Below the pieces are notes generated by a model, which had not been told where the DNA came from, did no database searches, and saw only the letters and a list, made by a program, of their open reading frames with translations. A stretch of DNA of 64,000 nucleotides. Origin: Mobula hypostoma. Taxonomy: Eukaryota. A program made the translations under genes and the position numbers. This document shows, one piece after another, positions 1 to 13,244 of the stretch (position 1 is its first letter; each line of letters starts with the position of its first letter). The DNA lies in contig NC_086097.1 of assembly GCF_963921235.1 (NCBI RefSeq), positions 231,820,001 through 231,884,000 on the forward strand, read 5' to 3'.

Positions 1-1569
1 TTTCTCTGGACCATATGCTGGCCAGCCCTGAAACCCAACAGCACTGGTGACCATGTCCTGGTCTCACTTTATCCTGCCTCTGCGAACACATTTATTTCAA
101 TCAGAGATTTTGTCCGTCGGTTCACGGTTAGCAATTTACACCGAAGGGACATGCAGTACAGGAAAACGGAAATTCCCCAAACCAAACGGATTTGAGAATA
201 TCAGCATTTGAAGTCGTTCTTCGGAAAAGGCGCGTTACATTAGTTAAAACATTTTCTATTTACACCCTAGTCTCAAATTTAGGTATAATTTTAATTAAAG
301 TCATTCTAGTTAATGTTCTGCATTTGACATTCTGTGCATTTTTAAATTTAAGCTTTATCTAACCAATGTCAAAAAAAATGGTCTACAGTCTTCCCGAAAG
401 TCAAATTGCCCAAGCAACATAAACAATTCTTTAAATAAATTCGTAAAACGAAATTGTCATAATCCTGGCGAGCTGTTAATTTGCATATTCATGATATTGT
501 AATATCGACCTCCCAGACCATAGGAACAGCAGATTGCCGCGCATGGGTGGTGAAAAAGGTTACCAGCAATCTTTACCGTAGGCGCTTTACACCGTTTACT
601 GGTTCGGACCAGTAAAGATTTTTAAAAAGCCTTGCTGCAAAGGTCAAACCGCAAATCCGAAAATCAAGTTTAATTTCTTCCATATGCTCCTTTTAGTGAC
701 GTTAGTCGTTCTTATCTTGTCTGACGAACTTTTAAGGGATAAAATGATTTCAAGAACAAGATGTCCATTGCAGTTTGTATTAAAGACAAACACTTAACAC
801 AGTTGTACTAAATATAAACTTGGAAGTAATTAATTAAATATGTAAGTTGTCTTTAAGTATAACATAGATGTCCCTTTTGATAGCCCATAGCGACATGCCG
901 CAGTGCGACCCCCAAGGCTTGTCCCGAGTTATCAGTACTTTGGAGTTCCGCCATGTTCGGAGTAAAAGTTATTGTTTATTCCAGTATCTGATTATATTGA
1001 TAGAGGGTTTATTTCCTAACTGATGTGAACAAAGCCGTAGGAGTAAAATCAGGATCATAGGTAGCAACTCAATTCGGGTCGCAAATCGGAGTCTCAGGAT
1101 CACAGTCAGATTCTCGGATCAGAATCTAAATGCCACTCTTTATTCAATGTACTTCACAATCTAAAATCTGTAACAGCTAATTCTTACAATCAAACATAAA
1201 GGAACACTGCATTTTTTTTTGTAAAGCCAAGACTCGCAAATCTGCAGTTACATTTGCACGGTAGACCAGGTAAATCAAAACGAAACAAAAATTACTCCTC
1301 TGTACTGAGTTTTAAGTCTTTAGATGAAGTTAGCTGGTTGTTTTTACAATATTTCACATTGGATACTTGCACATATAATAGTGAATGGAATCTTTCAGTA
1401 TGAAGTTTTATAAGATCACTGCAGATAGCGGAGTAAGTTATTTTACAATAAGTTACACATCACGCAGATGGATCAATTTTATTGAATCTCCACTGCGGCA
1501 GAAACAGTTTTTGGACCAACTGATGGAAAATATGAAATGAATTTTAGGAAATAGGATTTAGTTAAATTC

Positions 1570-1792
1570 ACACAAAATGCTGGAGGAACTCAACAACCCG
1601 GGCAACGTCTATGGAAAAGAGTAAACGTCGACTTTTCGGGCCGAGATCCTTCATCATGAGTTCTGATGAAGGGTCTCGGCCTGAAACATCGACTGTATTC
1701 TTTTCCATAGATGCTGCCTGGCCTGCTGAGATCCTCCAGCATTTGTGTGCATTGTTTGGATTTCCAGCATTTGCAGATTTTCTATTGTTTGT
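1570..1792. mobile_element. Penelope-derived inverted-repeat element with two back-to-back minimal hammerhead motifs
   Basis: Arms 1570-1657 and 1658-1749 are reverse complements (cacaaaatgctggagga... / ...tcctccagcatttgtgtg). Plus arm contains CTGATGA-agggtctcggcct-GAAAC-atc-gactg. Confidence 0.75.
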
Positions 1793-3734
1793 GTTGAAAT
1801 AAATTTAGTCCTTATAATCAATACCATCAGTCCGAAACTTTTGAAACGTAACTATTTCGCCCCGGACTGACAAACCCCATAGAAAATGGTACATAAAGTC
1901 TCGCTGTTCTTTTGAGTAATGTATTTGGATGCTATTTTTTGTACAGAGTTGAGGTTGCTGCAGACAATTTACATCCAATCAAATGTTTGTCTCTAGCCTC
2001 CCCGCATTTTGCCTTTGGAATGTGAACTTTTGTCGCTAAAAACAGACATGGTCTGCAAGGTCCAAACACGCACTGCAAAGAAAACTCAGAACTGACAAGG
2101 GTTCCACTTCCTTCAACCAAAACAATATTGCATGGATTTTATGGAGTGCGTATATGCTGATGAATTGTAGAAACAATAATTTCAGCGATGGAATAGAAAG
2201 TGATACTCCAGTGCATTGAACCAGGCTTTCGGAAAAAGCCTGTCGTTTTGCCTGGGTCTCTCATTTTTTCTCCATGTTTCATACATTTACAATTTTCGGT
2301 GTTTTCTCCCTTGCATTTAGCACACTGTCGCTTTTAAGTCTAACCATCCCCACCGTTTCGTTACATAGAGCCGAGACGGCGATAATCACCTTTCAGTGCA
2401 AAACCACACCATTTGGCAATGGATCCAGACGTTAACCTACTTGCTCCCTTTGGAGCCACCATTGTTACATCTCTTCAGTTAGATATTAAAGCGCATTGTA
2501 AATGTAGAAACGATTGTGCTGAACCAATTAACGTTTAAACTACCCGCAAAGTAAACTGTTAGACTGTGGAAACACCTCAGCTTGTTTGAAGACAGCGTTT
2601 ATACAGCAACTGCTGAGAATATGTTTATGAAGGATTAATTCTCTCCTTTCGCTGCTTTGATGTTTGTTGTTGGAGCGATCAATCTGGGAGACATTGTCTC
2701 GAGTAATTCTTTGTAGTGTAGGCTTGCAGGTTACCTATAAATCCTTCCAACAATTTTGCAGCAGCCCTTTACCAGGACGTTACACCTCCCCATGTCCCCT
2801 TCAGTCATTTTCATGGAAGAAATTACCAAGATTTCAAGAAGAGTTGTGCAATCGAAACATAAAATGTTGAAATTACACGCGCTATTATAATAGTATAATA
2901 TCTCTAGCAAGAAGTGTTTATTTTCTGAAATAAGATCATTTTGTTTATAAATCCCACGAGGATTCCCTATTCATTTATCATCATTATTAACTCGGACAAT
3001 TATAGGAAGGTCCGGCCGTCCTATTTGGCGTTATAAAGGAATTGATTTATAGCCCAAGGCTGTAGGTCGAACGCTTTTATATGGTGGGAGAAAAGTGCGC
3101 AGAGCGCGTGTTGCTTTACTTGGAAAGTCCCCGATAAAAGTGGCCCAAGGTTGGAATATAGGAGGGTGGTGAATTTTCGGGCAGGATGAGGGTTAATTAA
3201 TTTCCAGCGGAGGGCTTTGCTTTAATCAACCGCTGTGTAAGGCGTTGACAATCTTGAAGTAATGTGGTTCGATTACATTTAGTACCAAAATGTAGCAACT
3301 GTTAGCAATGAAGGACAGATCTGCTGTATTTGGGGCAGGAAAGAAGGTGGTTAACTATCCAGATGTTTACCACGTCAGAATCATATTTACACTATATATA
3401 CAACGATGAAAAGACTAGAAAGATTGCCAGATTTGTAGTCAAGAAAGGTTTGTGCTTTTACAACGCATTAACATTTTAGGAACCGTATATACCAAGTGAG
3501 TATTCTCAGTCTGAAGAAGGCGGATATGCTGAAAGTTTCTACTTTAACATCTATGGGTTCTGGTTCCTTGTCTCTGATGTTTTCATGCCTATGAAATCAA
3601 AACAAATTACTGGAAATAATTAGAGGGTCAGGCAACTTGCTTTGAAAGAGAGGAAAAATCATCTCCAACGCCCGCCCTTCATGCTACATTGTATTTTTAG
3701 TAATCAATACGGAACAAGTAGTCGCAAAATAAAA

Positions 3735-3907
3735 ACCTGCAGATGCTGGAAAGCTAAAATAAAAGCAGAGAACGCTGGGAACACTTCACAAGTCAGGGCG
3801 CGTGTGTAGAGAGAGAAACAAAGTTAATGTTTTGGTCGGGAGAGCTTTGTTCTGAAAGTTAACTCACAGACACGGCCTGACAGGAATATTTCCAGCATTT
3901 TCTCTGT
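3735..3907. mobile_element. Old Penelope-derived inverted-repeat remnant
   Basis: ctgcagatgctggaa...agagaacgctgggaa is matched by ttccagcattttctct at the other end; same motif family as 1570-1792. Confidence 0.5.
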
Positions 3908-4334
3908 ACGTTACAGTATACATGCAAATCCACTTCTTCATTGGTTATTTTTTCACTGTTACATTTTTCGTTTGACCTAATCTTTAGAATTATATTTTCT
4001 CCAATTTATACATCGCAGTGCAGGATTAACACAGAAGAGTTAATATTGAACTAAGCAACGAAGCTCTGCCAATCTGAATCTTTCTTCAAAATGAAAGTTT
4101 TGCATTTAACGAAATACACATAGCTTTGCGTCTTGATAGGTTATATTACACTTGATTCACTACCCACACTCTGCTTGCAGTGACTGTATTGATTAGCTAA
4201 AATAAAGTTTCTGCTCATCTTAGGACCGCTGATCTTCACCACAACCGATAGGGTAGGAAAAACAACAGATACGACTATCCATTAAAATAACAATAACCCA
4301 CTGGACTTCAGAAGAATCATCTCAATGAATCCTA

Positions 4335-4668
4335 TGGGATATTGAAATATGGATATGGTGTCTGTGTTTCCCATATTGGGGGCTAGAAGACACAGCATCG
4401 GAATTGAAGAACGTCCCTTTAGAACAGAGATGAGAAGGAATTTCTTTAGCCAGCCGGTGGTGAATCTGGAATTCATTGCCACAGACGGCCAAGTCATTGG
4501 ATATAGTTAAAGCGGAGGTTGTTAAGTTCTTGATTAGTAAGCATGACAAAGGATTCAGGAAGAAGGCAGGAGAATGGGTTGAGAGGGAAATAAAGTCACC
4601 CATGATGGAATGGCGGAGCAGACTCGATAGGCCGAATGGTCTCATCCAACTCCTATATCTTATGGCCT
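4335..4668 (+). mobile_element. CR1 LINE 3' fragment
   Basis: RT C-terminus remnant (PFRTEMRRNFFSQPVVNLWNSLP) and 3' tail ending tatcttatgg. Confidence 0.8.
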
Positions 4669-5020
4669 AAGTCGACCCTTTTGTTTAAAATGTTTTGGAT
4701 GAATGGAAGGCAGACCATTTGAGCAGACGTAGCATTTATCTAGGCGGCATTATTTAGTTGCAGTATTTCTGTATTTGGAAGCTGCTCAGTACAATGGGCG
4801 GCAGGTTTATTATTTAGATGATAAGTGCACAGGTTGGTAATTTAGCAAATCAGTAAATCAGATATTCTTAGGTGTTTAGACTTGGAACTAGGTGAGCGTA
4901 ACTCCAGTTAGCCGCTGGTCACGATTTGTGAAAAAAATAACTTCTCCAGTGAGCATGGATACTCATTGGGGAAATAATACATAAGGATTTATGTAATAAG
5001 CCAACCGATACCCATTTAAC

Positions 5021-5079
5021 ACGCACAAAATTCTGGAGGAACTCACGACGTTTCCGGCCGAAACCCCTTCGGCAGGATC
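5021..5079 (-). mobile_element. Short Penelope pLTR/hammerhead remnant
   Basis: Reverse complement reads cctgccgaaggggtttcggccggaaacgtcg...gagttcctccagaattttgtg. Confidence 0.55.
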
Positions 5080-5784
5080 ATTTACCCGTTTAATGCTTTC
5101 CTCTACCAATCCAACAGTAAAAAAAAATCCGTTTAATTTCGGGACTAGTCACCTCATCTTAAAAACTAGAGTGAGAAAATTCAGACCAAGGCTTATTTTT
5201 TAAAATGCCAACGAACCCAACTTTCACCCTAAACCAGGCCTTTGTTTTCAGTAAGTACGTTGTCACAGCAAATCAACTCCCTGTTGCAATGGCCGAACCA
5301 CTTCCTTTAAAAATGGTTTTCACCCAAGGTTCTCGGAAAGGACCCGGCGTACAGCAGAACAATTGCACTAAAACAAAAATAAAATTTGAAACTCAAGGGG
5401 TCGGACATTAAAATCGTAATTCAATTCTTCTACAAACTGAGAACAAATATGAGAAGACATTCCTATTGGTAATGTTCAGCGTTACTATTAGAACTTAAAA
5501 TGTAAGCAATATTGGAGCACATGATTTTTGAAAAAAATACATTTTTTCAAAGATAATTTAAAACTCGGGAGTTAGTAAATACTGAGGTGGTCAAAGAGGA
5601 CAGGCTCGCTGTACAAAGGCATTCCAGGACCTACTACCAAAGTGCTTTACGGACAATGATACATTTTTGGATGGTAGTCATTATAATGACAGAATATTGA
5701 TTCGTTGTAATTGTTTCACATAGTCTTGTTAGAAGATGATAAGTGTATTATTTCAATAACTTTCTTTATGTTGGTGGACGGCAG

Positions 5785-5951
5785 AGCTGCTGGAGGAGCT
5801 GTCCGAAGCCCGCGAATGTGTCAATTGTGGCTCCATGTCCACTCCCCTGTGGCGACGCGACGGCACCGGCCATTACTTGTGCAACGCCTGCGGTTTGTAC
5901 CATAAGATGAACGGACTCAGCCGACCTCTTATCAAACCTCAGAAGAGAATG
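5785..5951 (+). CDS. gata6: GATA6 N-terminal zinc-finger exon (167 bp, phase 1 to phase 0)
   Basis: cag| acceptor at 5782-5784 and |gtaagc donor at 5952. Translates (E)[55 protein letters not shown], a C-x2-C-x17-C-x2-C GATA finger. [13 protein letters not shown] is the GATA6-type variant (GATA4 has NGINRP, GATA5 NGVNRP). Confidence 0.95.
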
Positions 5952-8274
5952 GTAAGCGGCTTATGTAACCCCGCCAGTCCAATCCAGATGCAGCAGGTAC
6001 TACCTTTAATATAAATGATCACTAGAGTCTGCAAGGTAGCAATACTTCTTAGAATATAATGCAAAGTTTGAGCTTCTGTTAATTAGAAAAAAAGAATGGC
6101 ATTTTTAATGCAGTCCAGTAAAATTGTGTATTTCAATCCTTTAATTGACTTCGGTACTCTAAAGCCAGTACTTGAAACCATTTAGTGTCCAGTGTATCAG
6201 TAGATACACTCAGCAACTGTATATGTATTTTAGAAGATGATGCTGTGATTGTAAAGGATCCGCTATGATAATGATGACATTATTCACCCATAATGACCAG
6301 CTACGCTAAACATTTATTTATCAGTTAGGGTTTGCCCCAATGCAGGATTTTACAGGAATATATAGATGCATCCCAGAACTCATCTACACTTCCTATTAAA
6401 TCACATTTTGGAAAAATTATAAAATAATACGGACAATGTTGAGAAATATTCACGATTCCTATAACATGCCGATCTAGTTTTGATTGGTGATTACTAAAAT
6501 TTAAATTTGTCCACACCAACGTACAATTGAAGGAGCATCATACTGAGAATAGTCTAACGTAGAGAAGCCAACGACGTTCCGAATAAATCGAAAATGAAAA
6601 CAGCGTCTAAGTGGAAGTGCACAACACTCCGTAGTTATGGCCGAATCTTCCCTATTAGGCAAAACAGACTTGTAACCAACTCCCCCAGATTTCTCCTAGC
6701 TCTCGTTTCATATGAAGTGAGACCAGTAAAACTGTGCATTTTAATCCTTTAATCGACTATGGTAACCAACCTTCTGTACTCTATACTTGAAACGGGATTA
6801 CTTTATTTTTAAACTATAAGCAGAATATAGAAAAAGAGATGTAATTTTCGCCGTCAGGCCATGAAAGGGTTTATGTTCAATTTTTTCCCCCTCTTGCTGT
6901 GTGTGGAATCAAAAGAGTCTGGCGTTACGTGACAAAAATGTGTTGGCATTCGCGTGCTACGTACTGTATAAAGCAGAAGTGGTGTTAAAGAAATTCCGAG
7001 GCAAAATTTATCCCAAACGAGAAGATTTCTTCCTCCCAAATCTGGCATCACATTTATTGCATCTGTTTACCAGCTTGGTTAATAATAGTGTTAATCTCGT
7101 TAAGAGCCTCGATTAGTTTTTCCAATTACTACGCTATTCGCAATTGGCTGTTTTCTTTTTAAAAAGGGAATCACATCAACTGCTGTGTTAAAAAGAGACT
7201 TTAAAAGGTCTTTTGTGGGAAAACATTGAACCCCCCTAGCCACTTAATTTAACGAGGCAAATGGTTACTGTGAGGTGAGATAAAGCGACAGGGAATATTC
7301 CGTAGCTTGCAATGCTGAGCTACAACAGCCCCCACTAAAATAAGGAGATAAAGGCAATCACGGTGGTGATTGTAGCGCTTTTTTTGGTCCACAATTAGGA
7401 TTAGGTTTTGTTGTAGGAGTCCAGGTTATTTTTGGTCCCTAGTACTGCAAAAACAAGTTGGAATTTTCAGATTTATTGTAAGATAACTGACGGTTGGATC
7501 AAAAGAACAAGTCGATAATTAAGAAAAAAGTTAGCAGCAATTTAAAATGTTGAAACTTCACCTACAATTAAACGTATACCCACCCCGTTCTTCACAACTA
7601 AACTTTGAACTTCCACGCCAGGCTCTTGCTAATATGGTTTTTCCAGGTAATGATAGACCTGCAATGACGCAATTGGAGAGAAGTGAAGGCTGTGACTTGA
7701 ACTTAGATGTATTTAATAATTTACCACAATCTTCAGTCAGCAGGCAAACATAAAGGAACATAGACTCTATTTGCAAGCTGTAAATGTACAAATTAATCTG
7801 CCTTCCTAGTTGTTGAAGGATGTGTTTATGGGTTCATTTGTGCACTATTCTTTGTAAATGTTCCCCGGGGATCAATTGGCTGAACGTTTGCATCTGGGTC
7901 ACAGATTAGTAGTTAAATTTCCCCCACAGAGAGGAAAGAGTCCTGGGAGATTCTCCACTGGAGAGCACCACTGTTTCGGACACTGTAGTAGAATTTACTT
8001 TCCATGGTGGTTTGAAAGAAAGAAAAACTTTTGGCACTAAGTTTGAAGAACTACTGAGATTTCTTGGAGTTTTGACTAAGATATACACCTCAGTGAACGT
8101 CACTAAAACATATTATCTGCTGAGTTCAAATTGATTGACATTACATCAGTGGACTGCATGTTAAAAGTACTTCACTGGCAGTGAGTCGCTTCCACATGTC
8201 ATACAAGATGCTTTATAAACGCAGGAAGAGTGAGATTTAAAAAAAATCAAAATTCCAACATGTTCCAAAATATC

Positions 8275-8607
8275 GTGGCATGGTAGCGTAAGGCTTTACC
8301 ATACCAGTGACCTGGGTTCAGTCCTGCTGGTATCTGTAAGGAGTATGTACTTTCTCCCTGTGTGACCACATGGGTTTCCTCCAGGTGCTCTGGTTTCCTC
8401 CCACATTCCAAAGATGTATGCATTTGTAAGGCTTAGTAAGTCATGTATGTTATTCTGGTGCCAATACCATATGCTATGTGGCACTGGAAGGCACGGCGGC
8501 ACTTGCAGGCACACGTTATGGTATTGTATTGGTCATTGACACAAATAATGCATTTCACTGTACGTTTCCATATTTTGATGTGCACGTGACAAGATAAAGC
8601 TAATCTC
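8275..8607 (+). mobile_element. tRNA-derived V-SINE (HE1-like)
   Basis: A/B-box-like head (tggtagcgt, gggttcagtcc), V-domain gggtttcctccaggtgctctggtttcctcccaca, tail ...gataaagctaatct. Confidence 0.75.
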
Positions 8608-8994
8608 TCTGAATTATAACCAAGAAGGTCAGTAAGAAAATAATTTGTATAGTTCTTGGTTAAAAGGAATAAGTTGATTATATCATTGACTTTATGATGG
8701 TTAATTTTTGGAGATGCACCTTCCTATACTTTCCACCCCCTGCAAATGTTGCTTGGTACAGGGAAAACTTTGTTATATGTTCCCTGCACCCTCTATTTTG
8801 ATGTTACATGTTTTCTTACTGTCTCCCAATTTTGAGAAGATGTGCGTCACCACCTTTCCAAGGCCATCCAGCAATATACAATAAATGTTAAAATTTGCCA
8901 GTAATGCCTGTATCCCACAAAAAAACACTGTTTAATCTCTTCCATAGCACATTTTATGCTTTTCTTTAATGTAGCCTGCAATCCTGAATTCCAC

Positions 8995-9048
8995 CGTCCC
9001 CCGGGTTAATGGTAGGGATCCATGGCATGAAAAAGGTTGGGAACCCTT
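8995..9048. mobile_element. hAT MITE end fragment
   Basis: Ends aaaaaggttgggaacccttg, the same terminal type as the hAT at 48054-48977; only one end is visible. Confidence 0.45.
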
Positions 9049-9644
9049 GTCTTAGAGCAAAGTCTAGGAACACTACATTAGGCTGTGGTTCTGCAGCATC
9101 CTGGAATACCTGTCTCAGGTCATTTCTGCAGAGGATGGAGGTCAGACAAACATACTTGCTTGGCATTGAGGCCATGAATTGAAGTGAGAGGGGCAATAAA
9201 GTTACTGGCTTCATAAGCTCACATTCAGTGATATGCTTTTGAAAAGACTTGTAAGTAGCACTCCAGGAAAAAGATGAACAGTCGCAGGGCAAGAGTTCTC
9301 GTGCCAGCCACTTTAAGTTGGACTGCTTTGAAGCTGTCTGCCAGAGCTAATTTTATGCCCCTTTGCTAACTGACCTTGTAATATTATTTTTGCAGTCAAA
9401 CCATTCTAATATCAGGGAATACCAGGGGATTTATTATGTGTTCTTAAACACAATGAAAGAGTTCCATAAAATGCTTTTGATAGGTTTATGGATTTTGGCC
9501 CAGAACCCACTGGATTTGGATATTTTAACTCTTTCCGATGATTATATGATTTTTGCACTGTAAAATCCAGTGTAATTGCAAGAAAGGGACTTTTGGGAAC
9601 TTGGGTTCATTGAGCTGTGTGATAGATTATTGATAATGACAATT

Positions 9645-10905
9645 TAAGGATAGAGAAAAAAACAAATGAAAGAGCAGCAGAATGATGTTGGGAGGGATAA
9701 TAAATCGCGATGGAATAGCAGAGTAGACTTGAATGGCTGAATGGCCAAATTATTCTCCTATGTCTTATGGTCTTATGATTTGTGAGGAATATTATTTCAT
9801 TGTTCCATTCCTTGGACCTCAAGTTGAGTATTATGTTAGGCAGGAAGTAGCGAGTGGGAGTAAAGGGGGCCTTTTCTGGTTGGTTGCCAGTGACTAGTGG
9901 TGTTCCCCAGGGGTCAATATTGGGGCTGCTACTTTTCACATTGTGTGTCAATGATTTAGATAATGGAATTGATGGCTTTGTGGCAAAGTCTGCGGATGAT
10001 ACGAAGATAGGTGGAGGGGTAGGTAGTGCTGAGGAAGCAATGTGTTCGCAGCAGGGCTTAGGCAAATTGGAAGAATGGGCAAAAATGGGCAATACAGTGT
10101 TGGGAAATGTATGATAATGCATTTCGGTAAAAGGAACAAAAGTGCGGACTATTATCTAAATGGGGAGAATATTCGAACATCAGAGGTGCAGAGGAACTTA
10201 GGAGTCCTCGTACAAGACACTCAGAAGGTTAATTTACAGGTTGAGTCTGTTGCTAAAGAAGGCAAATGCTATGTGGGCATTTATTTCAAGGTGAATAGAG
10301 CATAAAAGCAAAGAGATAATGCTGAGGCTTTGTAAGACACTAGTCAGGCTGCACTTGGAGTATTGTCAGCAGTTTTGGGCCCCATATCTCAGAAAGGATG
10401 TGTTGTCATTGGAGAGAGTCCAGAGCAGATTTATGAGGACAATTCTAGAATGAAGGGGTTAACATATGAGGAGCTTTGGCAGCTTTGTGCCTGTAATTAC
10501 TGGAATTTAGAAGAATGTGTGAGAATCTCATTGAAACCTACCAAATGTGGCAAGGACTAGATAGGGTGGATGCGTAGAGAATATTTCCCATGGTGGGGTT
10601 ATCCAGAACTGGAGGGCACAGCCTCAAAATTGAGGGGCAACCTTTTAGAACTGAAGTAAGAACAGAGGTAAGGAGGAGTATTTTTAGCCAGAGAGTAGCA
10701 AATCCGTGGAATGCTCTGCCACAGACTACGGTGGAGGCCAAGTTTGTGGGGATATTTAGTTTCTTTATTGATCAGGGCATCAAAGAAAATGGCAAGAAGG
10801 CAGGCATATGGGGTTGAGTGGGATCTATGATCAGCCATGATGGAATGGTGGAGCAGACTTGATGGGCTGAATGGCCTAATTCTGCACCTATGTCTTATGG
10901 TCCAT
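9645..10905 (+). mobile_element. Two CR1 LINE 3' fragments (9645-9778 tail; 9835-10905 RT plus tail), degenerate
   Basis: SGVPQGSILGLLLF...[12 protein letters not shown] motifs with frameshifts; (tcttatgg) tails. Confidence 0.88.
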
Positions 10906-11190
10906 AAAACATGTAATTTGAACAGGATCTGAAGACACAAATTGTCAGCCCTAAAGGCTGCAATGAATTTCTTACACACTTATGGCTCAAATGAAGTCCA
11001 CAAGGTGGAGTCTAAAAGCAAAATGACAATTAAAAAAGGTTCAGCAAGACTAATTGTAGAATTCTGCTCCTTGTCCAGCAAATAGTAAGAAAATAGAGCT
11101 TATTGCTGAGCTCACTACAAATCATAAAGAATTTTAATGCACTAATAGCACTGGCAGTAAGGTAAAATAGCCTTTAGATTTTTTCCCCTG

Positions 11191-11541
11191 AATCATAGAA
11201 CCCTACAGCAGAGACACAACCCCTTTAGGCCACGTAGACTATGACAAACTCTCATCCTGCCCAGTCCCATTGATCAGCACCCAGACCATAGCCCTTCGTG
11301 TCCTTCCCATCCATGTACTTATCCAAATTTCTCTTAACTGTTGAAGTCAAACCTGCATCCACCACTCCAACTGGCAGCTTGTTCCACACTCTCACCACCT
11401 TCTGAGTGAAGAACCTGCCCCTCAGGTTCCTCTTAAACATTTCACCTTTCACCATGAGCTTCAGTTCTGGTCTCACCCAACCTGGGGAGAAAATGCCTAC
11501 TTGTATTTACCCTACCTATGTCCCTCATAATCTTGTATACC
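11191..11541 (-). mobile_element. CR1 3' fragment
   Basis: ORF 11252-11476: NLRGRFFTQKVVRVWNKLP...LDKYMD...GYG. Confidence 0.8.
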
Positions 11542-12378
11542 TAGTTTGCATCTGTATTATCTAGCTGTGAGTAACGTTGCTCCGAATTCTATCACAATCA
11601 TCATAATTAAATACTGAACAGAATATAGCAACAGAAATGGGTATTTAATTCCTTATACCTGCTCTGCCACTTCATGGGATCTTGGCTGATTATAAACGTA
11701 ACTTTAGTGAGCCAAGTTTATCCACCTCAGATTTAAGATTGGCAATTGATCTAGCAATGCCTTTGGAAGAGACAATTCTAGATTTCTTCTTCCCAACTTC
11801 TAGAAATGCAGCTTCTCTTTCTCTTAGGGTCCAGATTACATGTCTTGATCTGGACCCTGAAACGTTGACTCTTTAATCTTCTCCTTTGACATTGCCTGCT
11901 CCAGCACTTTGTGTGTGTTGCAATAGCTTTTTTTTTAGTGGTTTTTGAGCCACACAGATTGTGGAAACATATAAGTTTACACTTTGAAGTTTATCTTCAC
12001 TCCTTGTTGAAGTTTACTGGAGTTGATGTGACAGGACGGCATATGGTGCGACTAATCTAGGAGGCTTCACATCTTGATTCGAAGCCTGCAATTGAACCAG
12101 TTCAGTTATAGTACATGTTTTATATGGCTGCAATTCCAGAGCTATGAAACAACTCTATAACTCCATAAAAGTACATTGGTTGTAAATGGTTAAACATACA
12201 CCTGGTTGAGGGTAAACTTCAATAATATTCCAAAGAACACAGCTATATTTTCTTCGTGAGTTCTTTTTGAATGTGACTGATGTAGGTATTTTTTCACTAT
12301 GTAGTGGAACCTCACCCAGATACTAATTCGATACCATTTTCTAAATGTAATCTAATTTAATAGTTTGCCTGTGTTGGT

Positions 12379-12915
12379 CATAGAATTATAGAGAGGTACA
12401 GCACAGAAACAGGCCTTTTGGCCCATTTAGTCCATACCGAAACAATTTAAACTGCCTAACTCCAACGACCCTGCACCAGGATCATAGCCTTTCATATCCC
12501 TACTATCCATATACCTATCCAAACTTCTCTTAAACTTCAAAATCGAGCTTGTGTGCACCACTTGTGCTGGCAGCTCATTCCACACTCTTAACAACCCTCT
12601 GAGTGAAGAAGTTTCTCCTCATGTTCCCCTTAAACTTCTCACCTTTCACCCTTAACCCAAGCCCTCTGGTTGTAGTCCCACCCCAACCTCACTGGAAAAA
12701 GCCTGCTTGCACTTACCCTATCTATACCCCTCATAATTTTGTATATCTCTATCAAATCTCCTCGATCTTCTGCGTTCCAAAGAATACAGCCCTAACCTAT
12801 TCAATCTTTCATGATAACTTGGGTCCTCCAGACCCGGCAACAACCTTGTAAACCATGTACTCTTTCAACCTTGTTTACATCTTTCCAGCTTGGTAGGTGA
12901 CCAAAATTGCACACA
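12379..12915 (-). mobile_element. CR1 3' fragment
   Basis: catagaa tail end, acagcacagaaacaggccttttggccc 3'UTR and RT C-terminal remnant. Confidence 0.8.
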
Positions 12916-13244
12916 GTGTGCAGTTGTGTGCATTTAATCTGGAACCTCCCGCGAAAGAGCCCCGTACTGAAGCGAGACTGAAAAAAATTAAAATGAAAAT
13001 ATAATAGGCATTAAAATCAAAACATAATAGGCATCGTGCCTATAAAGTTTTGTGATATTCTGTCTCCCTTGGATTGAATGGAGACAATATGATATGCTGT
13101 CAACAAGAAGGTGAAAAGCTTATAAATGTATTCACTCGTATTGTCTATTGAGTCGCTCATTCTGTTTACAATTAACATTCAATATATTTGCATTTGTCCC
13201 TTTTTCGGGAGTTCTAATAAAATGTCTAAATTTTAGAAAAATTT

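Noticed and set aside
1..60. Possible tail of the large upstream gata6 coding exon
   Set aside because: No frame resembles the GATA6 N-terminal domain; treated as intron.
1045..1130. Degenerate 6-bp periodicity (tcagga/tcggga/tcagaa)
   Set aside because: Too decayed to define; likely an old microsatellite or LINE tail.
3020..3028. Possible SRF CArG box cctatttgg
   Set aside because: Only five A/T bases between CC and GG; does not meet CC(A/T)6GG.
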